Shown here piece by piece: positions 18,001-26,413 of a stretch of DNA of 64,000 nt. This stretch comes from an uncultured Spirochaetia bacterium (GTDB lineage: Bacteria; Oederibacteriota; PGYV01; CAYTNY01). The translations under genes and the position numbers were made by a program. The stretch lies in the NCBI GenBank assembly GCA_964439215.1, contig CAYTNY010000001.1:33-64032 (forward strand), given 5' to 3'. Under the pieces are notes generated by a model. That model made no database searches and was not told the DNA's origin. It was given only the letters and a program-made list of their open reading frames with translations. Within the stretch, counting starts at the first letter, position 1; each line of letters starts with the position of its first letter.

Positions 18001-18214
18001 GTTTGGAATTTCGGAAAGAACAGTTTCAAGTTCCGAGTGTGAAGGGCTGGCGTTTGGTTTGCGGGCCCGGCGTTAAAAACTAAATCCCCCCTGCCCCCCT
18101 TTTTCAAAAGGGGGTAACAACGAAATAATTAAACCAACAGTATAGGTTTTACCAACCATACAATCATCTGAGCATCCGAGCCTCAGGTTTCCATTCCGCA
18201 TTTAAAATGGTTTT

Positions 18215-18245
18215 CATTGAAAATTGATAATTGACAATTGGCAAT
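18215..18245. repeat. Tandem aattgN hexamer repeats (aattga taattga caattgg caatt)
   Basis: Seen directly in the dus-to-ompA-like intergenic region. Confidence 0.5.
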
Positions 18246-18253
18246 TTTTCTCC

Positions 18254-19195
18254 CTACCCTTCCTGCAGTTTTTCCAGAAGCTTTCTTATTTCCCCGTAAT
18301 CTTCCATCACCATCAGGGTTTTGCGCATATCTCCGACTCCGGCAAAACTTTTTATATACTTTTTATAGTATTTTCTCATCTCAAATATGCCTTTTTGTCC
18401 TTTAAACTCATAGAGCATATCAAGATGTTTTATTGAGAGTTTCACCGCTTCCTCCCGGGAGAGTTCAAATCCCGGCTCGGTTATCTGTCTGAATATATAC
18501 GGCGCCGCGATCGCGCCCCTGGCAATCATAACAGCGTCAACACCCGTCTCCTTTTTCATCCTTAACGCGTCATCCGCGGTAAAGACATCCCCGCTGCCCG
18601 CCACAAACAATTTGGAGTTTTCTTTTAATTCCTTTATTTCATCCCACGCAGCGTTTCCGCGGAACATCTGCGTTCTGGTTCTGGGATGAAGCGTTATCAT
18701 GGATACACCACAGTCCTCGGCAATCTTGTTTACTTCAAGATAATTTTTGCTTTTTTCATCCCAGCCGCTGCGTATCTTTATGCTTACAGGCGTTTTTTTT
18801 ACCGCACTTACCGTCTGTTTTATAATATTTTCCACAACCGAAAGGTCCCTGAGCAGAGAAGCTCCCGAACCGCCGTTCGCAATACGTCCGGCAGGACATC
18901 CGAAATTTATATCTATGATATCAAATCCCAGAGATTCCGCTTTTTGGGCCGCTTCATAAAAAAGCCCTCCGCTTTTTCCGAAGATCTGTATTCCGATAGG
19001 GCGCTCACTTTCGTTATACTCATATATTTTTTTTATTTTATCGCTGAAACGGGCAAGGCCGTGTTCATTTATCATTTCAGTAAACACAAGAGACGCGCCG
19101 TAGTGTTTTGCGATCATACGGAAGGGCATATCCGTATAACCCGCAAGCGGCGCCAGAATATACGGGAACTGCTTTATTCTTTCAAAAACATTCAT
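18254..19195 (-). CDS. dusB: tRNA-dihydrouridine synthase (DusB-like)
   Basis: TIM-barrel Dus motifs PLAGYTDMPFRMIAKHYG and GIQIFG...DIIDINFGCP. 313 aa. Confidence 0.85.
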   Translation of the reverse strand: MNVFERIKQFPYILAPLAGYTDMPFRMIAKHYGASLVFTEMINEHGLARFSDKIKKIYEYNESERPIGIQIFGKSGGLFYEAAQKAESLGFDIIDINFGCPAGRIANGGSGASLLRDLSVVENIIKQTVSAVKKTPVSIKIRSGWDEKSKNYLEVNKIAEDCGVSMITLHPRTRTQMFRGNAAWDEIKELKENSKLFVAGSGDVFTADDALRMKKETGVDAVMIARGAIAAPYIFRQITEPGFELSREEAVKLSIKHLDMLYEFKGQKGIFEMRKYYKKYIKSFAGVGDMRKTLMVMEDYGEIRKLLEKLQEG

Positions 19196-19737
19196 TTCCC
19201 GGATCTTTTTTTCTTTTCGGTTTTTTTCTTCTTTTTGGGTGTTTTTTTCTTTTTAAGGTCCCTGATCCTGTTTTCCAGGCGTCTTTTTTGCGCCTCTATC
19301 TCCTCTATACTGTGCCCCATAGCATCAAAAAAATAATTTGTCGCGAGAAAAACCATGATTATCACGGCGGCAAGAGTTATGGATATCGCATACATGCCCG
19401 CGCCCACGGCAAGGCCTATGCCCGCAACGGCCCACAAACTTGCCGCGGTTGTCAGCCCTCTGACAGATCCTCTTGACTGTATTATTGTACCTGCTCCGAG
19501 AAATCCAATACCGGTTACAACCTGGGCCGCTATCCTGCCGGGATCCAAAGTCTTTGCCTCGTCCCCGTACATGTAATAAAGGTATAAAGAAACAAGCATA
19601 AACATGGTTGAACCCAGCCCCACAAAAATATGTGTTTTTAACCCCGCGGGTTTATGCCTCATTTCACGGTCAAATCCTATCGCGGCGCTCAGAACCAAAG
19701 TCAGTCCGATCCTAATAAGCATATCGGTATACGTCAA
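19192..19737 (-). CDS. mgtC: MgtC/SapB family membrane protein with a C-terminal Lys-rich tail
   Basis: MgtC signature LVLSAAIGFDREMRHKPAGLKTHIFVGLGS and VVTGIGFLGAGTII. Ends KKKKTPKKKKKTEKKKRSGK. Overlaps dus by 4 nt. Confidence 0.8.
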   Translation of the reverse strand: MTYTDMLIRIGLTLVLSAAIGFDREMRHKPAGLKTHIFVGLGSTMFMLVSLYLYYMYGDEAKTLDPGRIAAQVVTGIGFLGAGTIIQSRGSVRGLTTAASLWAVAGIGLAVGAGMYAISITLAAVIIMVFLATNYFFDAMGHSIEEIEAQKRRLENRIRDLKKKKTPKKKKKTEKKKRSGK

Positions 19738-19773
19738 TTAAACACCTCCGCATATACGGCATCCGCCGCAAAA

Positions 19774-20787
19774 TTATATTTTCAGGCCCGGATCAGCTTC
19801 CAGGCTGTATTCTGAATATCCGCCTCTTTTAAGCCTTTCATATCCCGCGTATGCTATCATTGCACCGTTATCAGTGCATAACACGGGCGACGGCGTATAA
19901 AACTTCATGCCTTTGGAATCCGCGTATTTTTTCACTTCCTGTTTCAGATAAATGTTTGCCGCCACACCGCCGGACATTGCTATTGTATTAAAGCCGTATT
20001 CCCGGCACGCCGTTTTTATCCGGCTCAGAATACTTCTTGCTACTGTTTTCTGAAAAGACGCCGCAATATCTCCTATACTGATCTCTCCTTTTTCTATTTT
20101 CTCCCTGTTGCCCCTGACATAATATAAAACAGATGTTTTAAGGCCGCTGAAAGACAGATCATAACTGCTGTCTTTCATACGCGCCTGGGGAAAAACAATT
20201 TTATTCATATCGCCTTTTAAAGCGGCCGCCGATACGGACGGACCGCCGGGATAAGGAAGCCCCAGCATTTTTGCAATCTTATCAAATGCTTCTCCGGCGG
20301 CGTCATCCCTTGTGGATGCAATAAGTTCATAATCCGAGAAGCCTTTTGCCGCGTAAAAATTCGTATGCCCTCCGGAAACAACTATTCCGAGAAAAGGAAA
20401 GTCAAAATCAGCAAATTCAAGAAAAGGGCTCAACAGATGCGCCTCCAGATGATTTACCCCTATATACTTTATACCCAGAGCATAAGCCATTGCCTTTGCG
20501 TAAGAAAGCCCCACTATAAGAGCGCCCGCAAGGCCCGGCCCGCAGGTAACCGCGGCTCCGTCAATATCGCCGTAGTCCAGCCCCGCCTCTTTAAGAGCTT
20601 CTGAAACCGCCGCGGGAAGCGCGTTCAGATGCTCTCTTGCCGCAATCTCCGGCACAACTCCTCCGTAGATCATATGGGATTTTATCTGTGAAAAAATTAT
20701 GTTTGAGAGTATTTTTTCTCCGTCAAAAACCGAGGCCGATGTTTCATCGCAGGATGTCTCAATTCCCAGAACATTCATCCGGCACAC
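19774..20787 (-). CDS. tsaD: tRNA N6-adenosine threonylcarbamoyltransferase TsaD
   Basis: Kae1/TsaD N-terminus VLGIETSCDETSASV. The true start is probably the internal Met in MNVLGIE (around 20778). Confidence 0.9.
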   Translation of the reverse strand: MCRMNVLGIETSCDETSASVFDGEKILSNIIFSQIKSHMIYGGVVPEIAAREHLNALPAAVSEALKEAGLDYGDIDGAAVTCGPGLAGALIVGLSYAKAMAYALGIKYIGVNHLEAHLLSPFLEFADFDFPFLGIVVSGGHTNFYAAKGFSDYELIASTRDDAAGEAFDKIAKMLGLPYPGGPSVSAAALKGDMNKIVFPQARMKDSSYDLSFSGLKTSVLYYVRGNREKIEKGEISIGDIAASFQKTVARSILSRIKTACREYGFNTIAMSGGVAANIYLKQEVKKYADSKGMKFYTPSPVLCTDNGAMIAYAGYERLKRGGYSEYSLEADPGLKI

Positions 20788-20796
20788 TCCTTTTTT

Positions 20797-21834
20797 TCAG
20801 AAAACAAGCTCGCTTGCAAATACAAATTCATATCCTCTTTCCTCGCTCTCGGGCATGAACTTCATAAGCGCTTCATATGTGGTTTTTGAGTCATGCCCTA
20901 TCGCGACCGCATAACCCTTTTTCAGCGCTGTACTTTCAGCCTGTTCAAGCTGCACTCTGTTATAGTCAATATCTTTTTCGTTGTCAATAAATATATTGCG
21001 CCAATTGCTCGGCACACCCATTTTTCCGGCTGTCGCAAGTCCTTTTGTATCAACGCTTGTCCTGCTGTCTATAAAATAAAAATTGTTTTTCCTGATCTGT
21101 TCAAGCACCGCGCTCATAAGCCGGACATTTTCCGTTGCCAGAGACCCCTGATGATTGTTAACCCCCGCGGCATAAGGCACAGTTTCAAGGCTTTTGCTGA
21201 AAACATCCGTTATTTCTTTTGCCGTCATATTGTTTTTCACTGTTTTCGGTTCAAGCGGTATATTCCCTTTAGGCTCCATCGGCAGATGCATTATAACTTC
21301 TTTGCCGTTTTTATGCGCGGCGGCGGCGGCGGCCCGTGAATAAGGCTGATTCGGAAGGACCGCGGCGGTAAAAGGATATTTGATTTTTTTCAGATAATGC
21401 AGGTTCCTCGTATTGTAACCGTAATCATCAAGTATTACGGCTATTTTGGGTTTAAGCGACCTTTCAAATATAACTTTTAAAAATTCCTTTTCCTCAATAA
21501 AAAACAGAACCTCGGCCCCTTCTTTTTCCCTGCCGCCGAAAACACGGACCTTTGCGTCCACTCCCCCGCGCGAAGCAGTATGTTTTTTCATAAGCGGCTT
21601 AATATCGCCGGGAGAATAGCGCAAAGGCAGTTTCACGGTATATTCACTGCCTTTGACATTTGTTATCAGACGGCCGCTGAGAAGTATCTCGCGGAGAATA
21701 TAATTAACCGCCTCCGGCCTTTCAGCGGCGGCCGCGGCATCCAGCTTTTTTTTCTGCTCGGGAACGTATACGTTTAAATAATAAACCAGTATCAGGCCCG
21801 CTGCCGCAAAAAACACGGCCCATGCTTTCTTCAT
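20797..21834 (-). CDS. Divergent polysaccharide deacetylase family protein (YibQ-like)
   Basis: Signal/TM N-terminus. YibQ-type core KIAVILDDYGYN...HLPMEP. Overlaps ctpA by 4 nt. The ctpA-yibQ arrangement is common. Confidence 0.7.
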   Translation of the reverse strand: MKKAWAVFFAAAGLILVYYLNVYVPEQKKKLDAAAAAERPEAVNYILREILLSGRLITNVKGSEYTVKLPLRYSPGDIKPLMKKHTASRGGVDAKVRVFGGREKEGAEVLFFIEEKEFLKVIFERSLKPKIAVILDDYGYNTRNLHYLKKIKYPFTAAVLPNQPYSRAAAAAAHKNGKEVIMHLPMEPKGNIPLEPKTVKNNMTAKEITDVFSKSLETVPYAAGVNNHQGSLATENVRLMSAVLEQIRKNNFYFIDSRTSVDTKGLATAGKMGVPSNWRNIFIDNEKDIDYNRVQLEQAESTALKKGYAVAIGHDSKTTYEALMKFMPESEERGYEFVFASELVF

Positions 21835-23294
21835 TGTATTTCTGAGATCCTTGTGAAAGCATTGAGTATATTTATCGCTCTTTTTACCTGCGTATCATTT
21901 TCAATGGATGCCCTGCGTTCGGCGTCTCTTCCTTTGTGTTTTTTCGCGATTTCTGATTTTATCCAGCGCAGTATTATTTCCCTGTCCGCGGCAAACTCCT
22001 GCGCCTTGACATCTATGCTCTCCCGCCTTAAAAATTTTCCGAATTCCTCAAGCAGTTTTTCATCCATATCTTTCTCAAATAAAACTTTCAGATCCGACTC
22101 GGAAACCTTTACGCTTTCTTTCATTTCAGCGGTCAGGCCTTCCGGATGCTCTTTAAGATATTTAACCGCGAACTTTTCAATGTGCCCGTCGTCATAGAGC
22201 CCCGCGGTAAAAGATGACGGTATGGGTTCGTCAAGTTCTATATCCGGTTTTATGCCCACTCCGTGTATTTTGTCTCCGCCCGGCGTAAAATACTGTGCCG
22301 TGGTAAGCCTGAGCGCTGATTTATCCGAAAGAGGCACTATTGTCTGAACCGAACCTTTCCCAAAGGTCCGGCTGCCGAGAACAATCGCTCTTTTATTATC
22401 CTGCAGCGCGCCGGCAACGATCTCTGACGCCGAGGCAGAACCGTTATTTATAAGCACAACCACATCGCCTTTGTATATCTTGTCTTTTTCCGCTTTGAAT
22501 TCCGCTCTTTTGCTTTTTTCCCGCCCCTGCGTATACACTATCATTTTTTCCTTTGAAAGAAAAAAGTCAGAAACCCTGACCGACTGGTCCAGAAGCCCTC
22601 CGGGATTGTTTCTGAGATCAAGAATAAGTTTATTTATCTTTTTTTCATTAAATTCCCTGACCGCCTCGTTTACAACTTTATCCGCACGCCCCATAAACTC
22701 ATTTATTTTTATATATCCGGTATCATCGCCGAGTATATAATATCTTGCGGTTTTTATTTTGATTATCGCCCTTGTTATTGTGATATCGCGCGGTTTGGGT
22801 TCAACACCTCTCTGAACGGTTATTGTAACCTCTGTATCGGGCTTGCCTCTGAGTTTATGCACGGCATCCATTATATCTATTCCTTCTGTTGATTCTCCTT
22901 CTATCGCGATTATCTTATCTCCCGCCTTTATACCGGCTCTGTACGCGGGTGTATCCTCTATGGGCGCCACAACCGTCAGCTGTCCGTCTTTTATGGATAT
23001 CTCAATGCCCAGCCCTCCGAATTCCGCTTTTGTATCCGCTGTCATATCTTCATAACTCTGTTTGTCAAGATACTGCGAAAAAGGATCAAGATGTTTTACC
23101 ATTCCGTTTATTGCTTCTTCCACCAGATCCTGAGGATCTGTTTTTTCATCGTCAACATAACTGTCCTGAATTATGGCATACACTTCCATTAAAGGTTTTA
23201 ATGATTCATAAGCATCATTTTTTTTGGCAAGAAAACCAAAAAAAACAGATACTGCAAGAACCACCGCTGTTATTGCTGTTATTTTTCTTTTCAT
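21831..23294 (-). CDS. ctpA: Carboxy-terminal processing protease (S41, CtpA/Prc family)
   Basis: PDZ domain followed by the S41 catalytic region GSASASEIVAGALQDNKRAIVLGSRTFGKGSVQ. N-terminal signal anchor. Confidence 0.85.
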   Translation of the reverse strand: MKRKITAITAVVLAVSVFFGFLAKKNDAYESLKPLMEVYAIIQDSYVDDEKTDPQDLVEEAINGMVKHLDPFSQYLDKQSYEDMTADTKAEFGGLGIEISIKDGQLTVVAPIEDTPAYRAGIKAGDKIIAIEGESTEGIDIMDAVHKLRGKPDTEVTITVQRGVEPKPRDITITRAIIKIKTARYYILGDDTGYIKINEFMGRADKVVNEAVREFNEKKINKLILDLRNNPGGLLDQSVRVSDFFLSKEKMIVYTQGREKSKRAEFKAEKDKIYKGDVVVLINNGSASASEIVAGALQDNKRAIVLGSRTFGKGSVQTIVPLSDKSALRLTTAQYFTPGGDKIHGVGIKPDIELDEPIPSSFTAGLYDDGHIEKFAVKYLKEHPEGLTAEMKESVKVSESDLKVLFEKDMDEKLLEEFGKFLRRESIDVKAQEFAADREIILRWIKSEIAKKHKGRDAERRASIENDTQVKRAINILNAFTRISEIQ

Positions 23295-23448
23295 AACAAT
23301 TCCTCCGTTATTTTTATCAAAAAAATGAAATCAGTATAAAGCATTGTAGCAGATGAAATTATTTTATGCAAGAATGCAGTTAGCCGGCATCCGGAAGGCC
23401 GGCAGTTTCCGGAATCAAAAAAAAAACTCAGGCATCACTGCTTTATCT

Positions 23449-24591
23449 TTAAGTTTTAAACTGTTTTCCCCTCACAAACACTTTCTTTAAATTCAGTTTT
23501 TCGTCCAGCAGTATCATATCCGCGGGCAGGCTTTTTTTTATCCTTCCTGCCTTTATTCCTGACACGGCGGCAGGCGTGGATGTGGCCATCGCAAGAGCGT
23601 CCTGCAGCGGGATGCCGCACCATTCACGCATATTTTTTACGGCCTGCAGCAGCGATGCGCCGCCGCCCATCAGTCGTCCGTCATCAAGATAATACGCGCC
23701 GTTTTTCCCGCGGTATGCTCTAACAGCCGCATTTATCCGTTTTTTACCGCCGCCCTCCTTCAGGCCCGGGCTGTCTGTAATTAAAACAATGCGGCCCCGG
23801 CCGAAAAGTTTATAAATAATCCTTAAAACAGACCTGTGTATATGCACCCCGTCCGCTATAACTTCAACAAATGTGTTTTTTTCTTCAAAAAACGCGGCAG
23901 CCGGCCCCGGCTCCCTGTGATGAAGCCCTTTCATTGCGTTAAAAAGATGAGCCGCGCATGATATTCCTTTTTTTATGCCGCGAAGTGTTTCCTTATAGTC
24001 CGCGGATGAATGACCCATACTCATAATAATTCCCTGTTCTTTTAAAAAAACCGCTGCCTTTGAAAACACCTTATGTTCCGGCGCGATACAGCATATTTTA
24101 ATTTTATTATTTTTATTTGCGGCAAATTTCAGAAATTCATCAGCCCTTTCCCTTTCCGAAACAATAAATTCCGCGGGTATCATGCCTCTTTTCTCAGAAC
24201 TGATAAACGGCCCTTCCAGATATACCCCCGCAATAAAAGCACCGGTCCCGGTCTCCGCGTATTGTGATATCTTTTCAATTATATGCGCGGTTTCCGGAGA
24301 ATAAAAACAGGCAGCCAGGACCGCAGTAACCCCGGCGCGCGCATTTTCCATGCTTATTTTCCGTATATCTTTTTTGCTTTTTATATCCAGCGTATGCACC
24401 CCGCCCGCGCCATGTGTATGAATATCAATAAGCCCCGGACTCAGTATCATCCCCTCCGCATCAATTATTCCGGTCTTTATGCGCGGAGGCGCTCCTTTAT
24501 ATATTCCGGTTATAATCCCGCGTTTTGCTTCAACAGTATCTTCCCGCAGAAATTTCACACCATCAAATACACGCGCGTTCTTTATGATCAT
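23449..24591 (-). CDS. nagA: N-acetylglucosamine-6-phosphate deacetylase NagA
   Basis: Amidohydrolase fold with PGLIDIHTHGAGG near the N-terminus. 380 aa. Confidence 0.8.
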   Translation of the reverse strand: MIIKNARVFDGVKFLREDTVEAKRGIITGIYKGAPPRIKTGIIDAEGMILSPGLIDIHTHGAGGVHTLDIKSKKDIRKISMENARAGVTAVLAACFYSPETAHIIEKISQYAETGTGAFIAGVYLEGPFISSEKRGMIPAEFIVSERERADEFLKFAANKNNKIKICCIAPEHKVFSKAAVFLKEQGIIMSMGHSSADYKETLRGIKKGISCAAHLFNAMKGLHHREPGPAAAFFEEKNTFVEVIADGVHIHRSVLRIIYKLFGRGRIVLITDSPGLKEGGGKKRINAAVRAYRGKNGAYYLDDGRLMGGGASLLQAVKNMREWCGIPLQDALAMATSTPAAVSGIKAGRIKKSLPADMILLDEKLNLKKVFVRGKQFKT

Positions 24592-24664
24592 ATTAATCTC
24601 CGTTTTGTTTTTTTTTATAATAATTCATTCCCGCGGGGAAAGCAATACAGAATACCGCCGGAAA

Positions 24665-24810
24665 GCCGGAACACGGCAGCTTGGTTAAAAATCAAAAGCC
24701 GGAACACGGCAGGGCGTGTTCCCTACGAAAAAAAGAAAAAGAAAAAACTTGCGGGCCTGCGCTTTGTTTTTTTTGTTTTCGCAGGAACAATCCCCTGTGC
24801 TTGTCCGGGT
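24665..24810. repeat. Second copy of the REP-like hairpin element (modules in inverted orientation relative to 15644-15725)
   Basis: ggaacacggcagggcgtgttcc+ctacgaaa at 24701-24730, a half copy gccggaacacggcagc at 24665-24680, and ttttcgcaggaacaatcccctgtgcttgtccgggttttt at 24775-24812. The reverse complement aligns almost base-for-base with 15644-15725 (22-nt identical aaaacccggacaagcacagggg). Confidence 0.6.
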
Positions 24811-24935
24811 TTTTATTCCCAAAACTCAAAAGATCCATATTTTAAAATATTTATCCTCCATAATCCCCTTGACTTATATAATATATATATTAAAATCATA
24901 ACTGTAACAGAAGACATTTTAGGAGGTTTATTTCT

Positions 24936-25460
24936 ATGAAAATATTTAAACTTTGTTTTATTGGTTTTATATTTGTTTTTGCGGCTTCTACGGTTTTCGC
25001 GACAGAAACAGTAACGCAGACAACAACAGAAACAACAACACAGACCGTTACGCCGACAACAACGCAGACAGCCACACAGACAGTCACGGAAACAGCTACG
25101 CCTGACTGGACCCCTACCGGCACATTTACAATAACACCTACCGCCACAATAACACCGACTTTCACATCAACACCCACGCCGCAGCCTAAGTTTTTCGCTT
25201 ACCCCAACCCCGCATATACCAATGAAATAACAATTGCGTATCCTCTGGATGACGCCAAAACTCCGCTGCGGGCAACTATCATAATAAACGCGGTAAACGG
25301 CGAGGAAGCAGGAAGAATATACGATGATACGCCCAACGGATATACCCGTTTTGATATAACGGCTCTCGCAAGAGGAGTTTATTTTTACAGGCTTATAATA
25401 AAATACACGGACAATTCCGAAACTGTTCATAAATATAAAAAATTCTCAGTGGTTAAATAG
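24936..25460 (+). CDS. Secreted Thr-rich protein with a T9SS-type C-terminal sorting domain (Por_Secre_tail-like)
   Basis: Signal peptide MKIFKLCFIGFIFVFAASTVFA. About 60-aa T/Q/P-rich repeat linker (TETVTQTTTETTTQTVTPTTTQ...). C-terminal ~80 aa carry hallmarks of TIGR04183 CTDs (AYPNPAYTNEITIAY ... GVYFYRLIIKY ... KFSVVK). TAGGAGG RBS. Confidence 0.6.
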   Translation: MKIFKLCFIGFIFVFAASTVFATETVTQTTTETTTQTVTPTTTQTATQTVTETATPDWTPTGTFTITPTATITPTFTSTPTPQPKFFAYPNPAYTNEITIAYPLDDAKTPLRATIIINAVNGEEAGRIYDDTPNGYTRFDITALARGVYFYRLIIKYTDNSETVHKYKKFSVVK

Positions 25461-25471
25461 GAGGCCTGCAT

Positions 25472-26410
25472 ATGAAAAAAATCACCGCAGCCATTACGCT
25501 TTTTCTTTTAATATCAACACAGCTTTTTGCTGTAACCGAAATTTACGACGATTCTTCAACCGTAGCGGGGAAATTTCTGGACCTTAAGGCCGGAGCCGCG
25601 GCAGGCGGCATGGGGAATGCCTATATCAACTCTTCCGTTGACGCAGGCGCCGCTTTCTGGAATCCCGCGGGGCTTTCAAATATGATAAAAGAAGATAAAG
25701 AATGGTCAATGTTCTTTTCGCACAATGTCTGGATCATGGATATGATGATAGACCACTTTTCAGCCGCGTCATATTTTCCTGAGTACGGCGTTTTTGCCCT
25801 TAGTGCTTCTTATTTTAACGCCGGCGCAATAGAACGCTATGATATTGACGGGAACGGACTTTATATAAGCAGCGGAACCTATTCGCCCTACTCGCTCATG
25901 ACCGCGCTTGCCTACTCAAATCATCTGGACAAGGACATAGACTTCGGAATAAACCTGAAATATATCTACGATAACATTGACGGCTCTTCGGCCCACGCTT
26001 ATGCCATAGATATGGGGCTCAGATATTTTTCTCCTATAGACGGCTTAAACTTCGGTCTTACAGCCTCTAATTTTTCCGGTTCCCTCAATGGTTTTATTCT
26101 GCCGAAAGAAATGTCTTTTGCTGTTTCATACAGCACTGAAATACAGAAATTCGGAATTGACGCGGAATACAACATAATAGGCAAAGTAAACAACTACCCG
26201 CTGCACAGAATCGGGCTGCAGATAGCCGCTCCTTCGGTATTTACAGCGAGATTCGGCTATCAGACAGATAACACGCTGACGGAAAACGGCTTCAGAAATC
26301 TCACGCTGGGAATAGGGCTGGATTTTGACGGCAGATACATAGATTTCTCCTATGAACCTTTTGGCGATATCGGAAATTCTTTCAAGCTTTCCATCGGCGG
26401 GGGCTTTTGA
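25472..26410 (+). CDS. PorV/PorQ-like (UPF0164/FadL-like) outer-membrane beta-barrel
   Basis: Signal peptide. N-terminal motif GAAAGGMGNAYINSSVDAGAAFWNPAGLS. Alternating beta-strand pattern ending in an aromatic residue. AGGAGG RBS. 12 nt downstream of the CTD-cargo gene. Confidence 0.55.
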   Translation: MKKITAAITLFLLISTQLFAVTEIYDDSSTVAGKFLDLKAGAAAGGMGNAYINSSVDAGAAFWNPAGLSNMIKEDKEWSMFFSHNVWIMDMMIDHFSAASYFPEYGVFALSASYFNAGAIERYDIDGNGLYISSGTYSPYSLMTALAYSNHLDKDIDFGINLKYIYDNIDGSSAHAYAIDMGLRYFSPIDGLNFGLTASNFSGSLNGFILPKEMSFAVSYSTEIQKFGIDAEYNIIGKVNNYPLHRIGLQIAAPSVFTARFGYQTDNTLTENGFRNLTLGIGLDFDGRYIDFSYEPFGDIGNSFKLSIGGGF

Positions 26411-26413
26411 TAC

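Noticed and set aside
18686-19336. 216-aa plus-strand ORF opposite dus/mgtC
   Set aside because: Shadow ORF with Phe/Tyr/Arg-rich low-complexity translation and no motif.
24896-25177. 93-aa minus-strand ORF of VGV/VCV repeats
   Set aside because: Reverse-complement reading of the Thr-codon (aca/acg) repeat region of the secreted Thr-rich protein. Not a gene.
24936-25460. Thr-rich repeat protein as a diversity-generating retroelement target
   Set aside because: No reverse transcriptase or template repeat in the window. The variation is simple low-complexity codon repetition.
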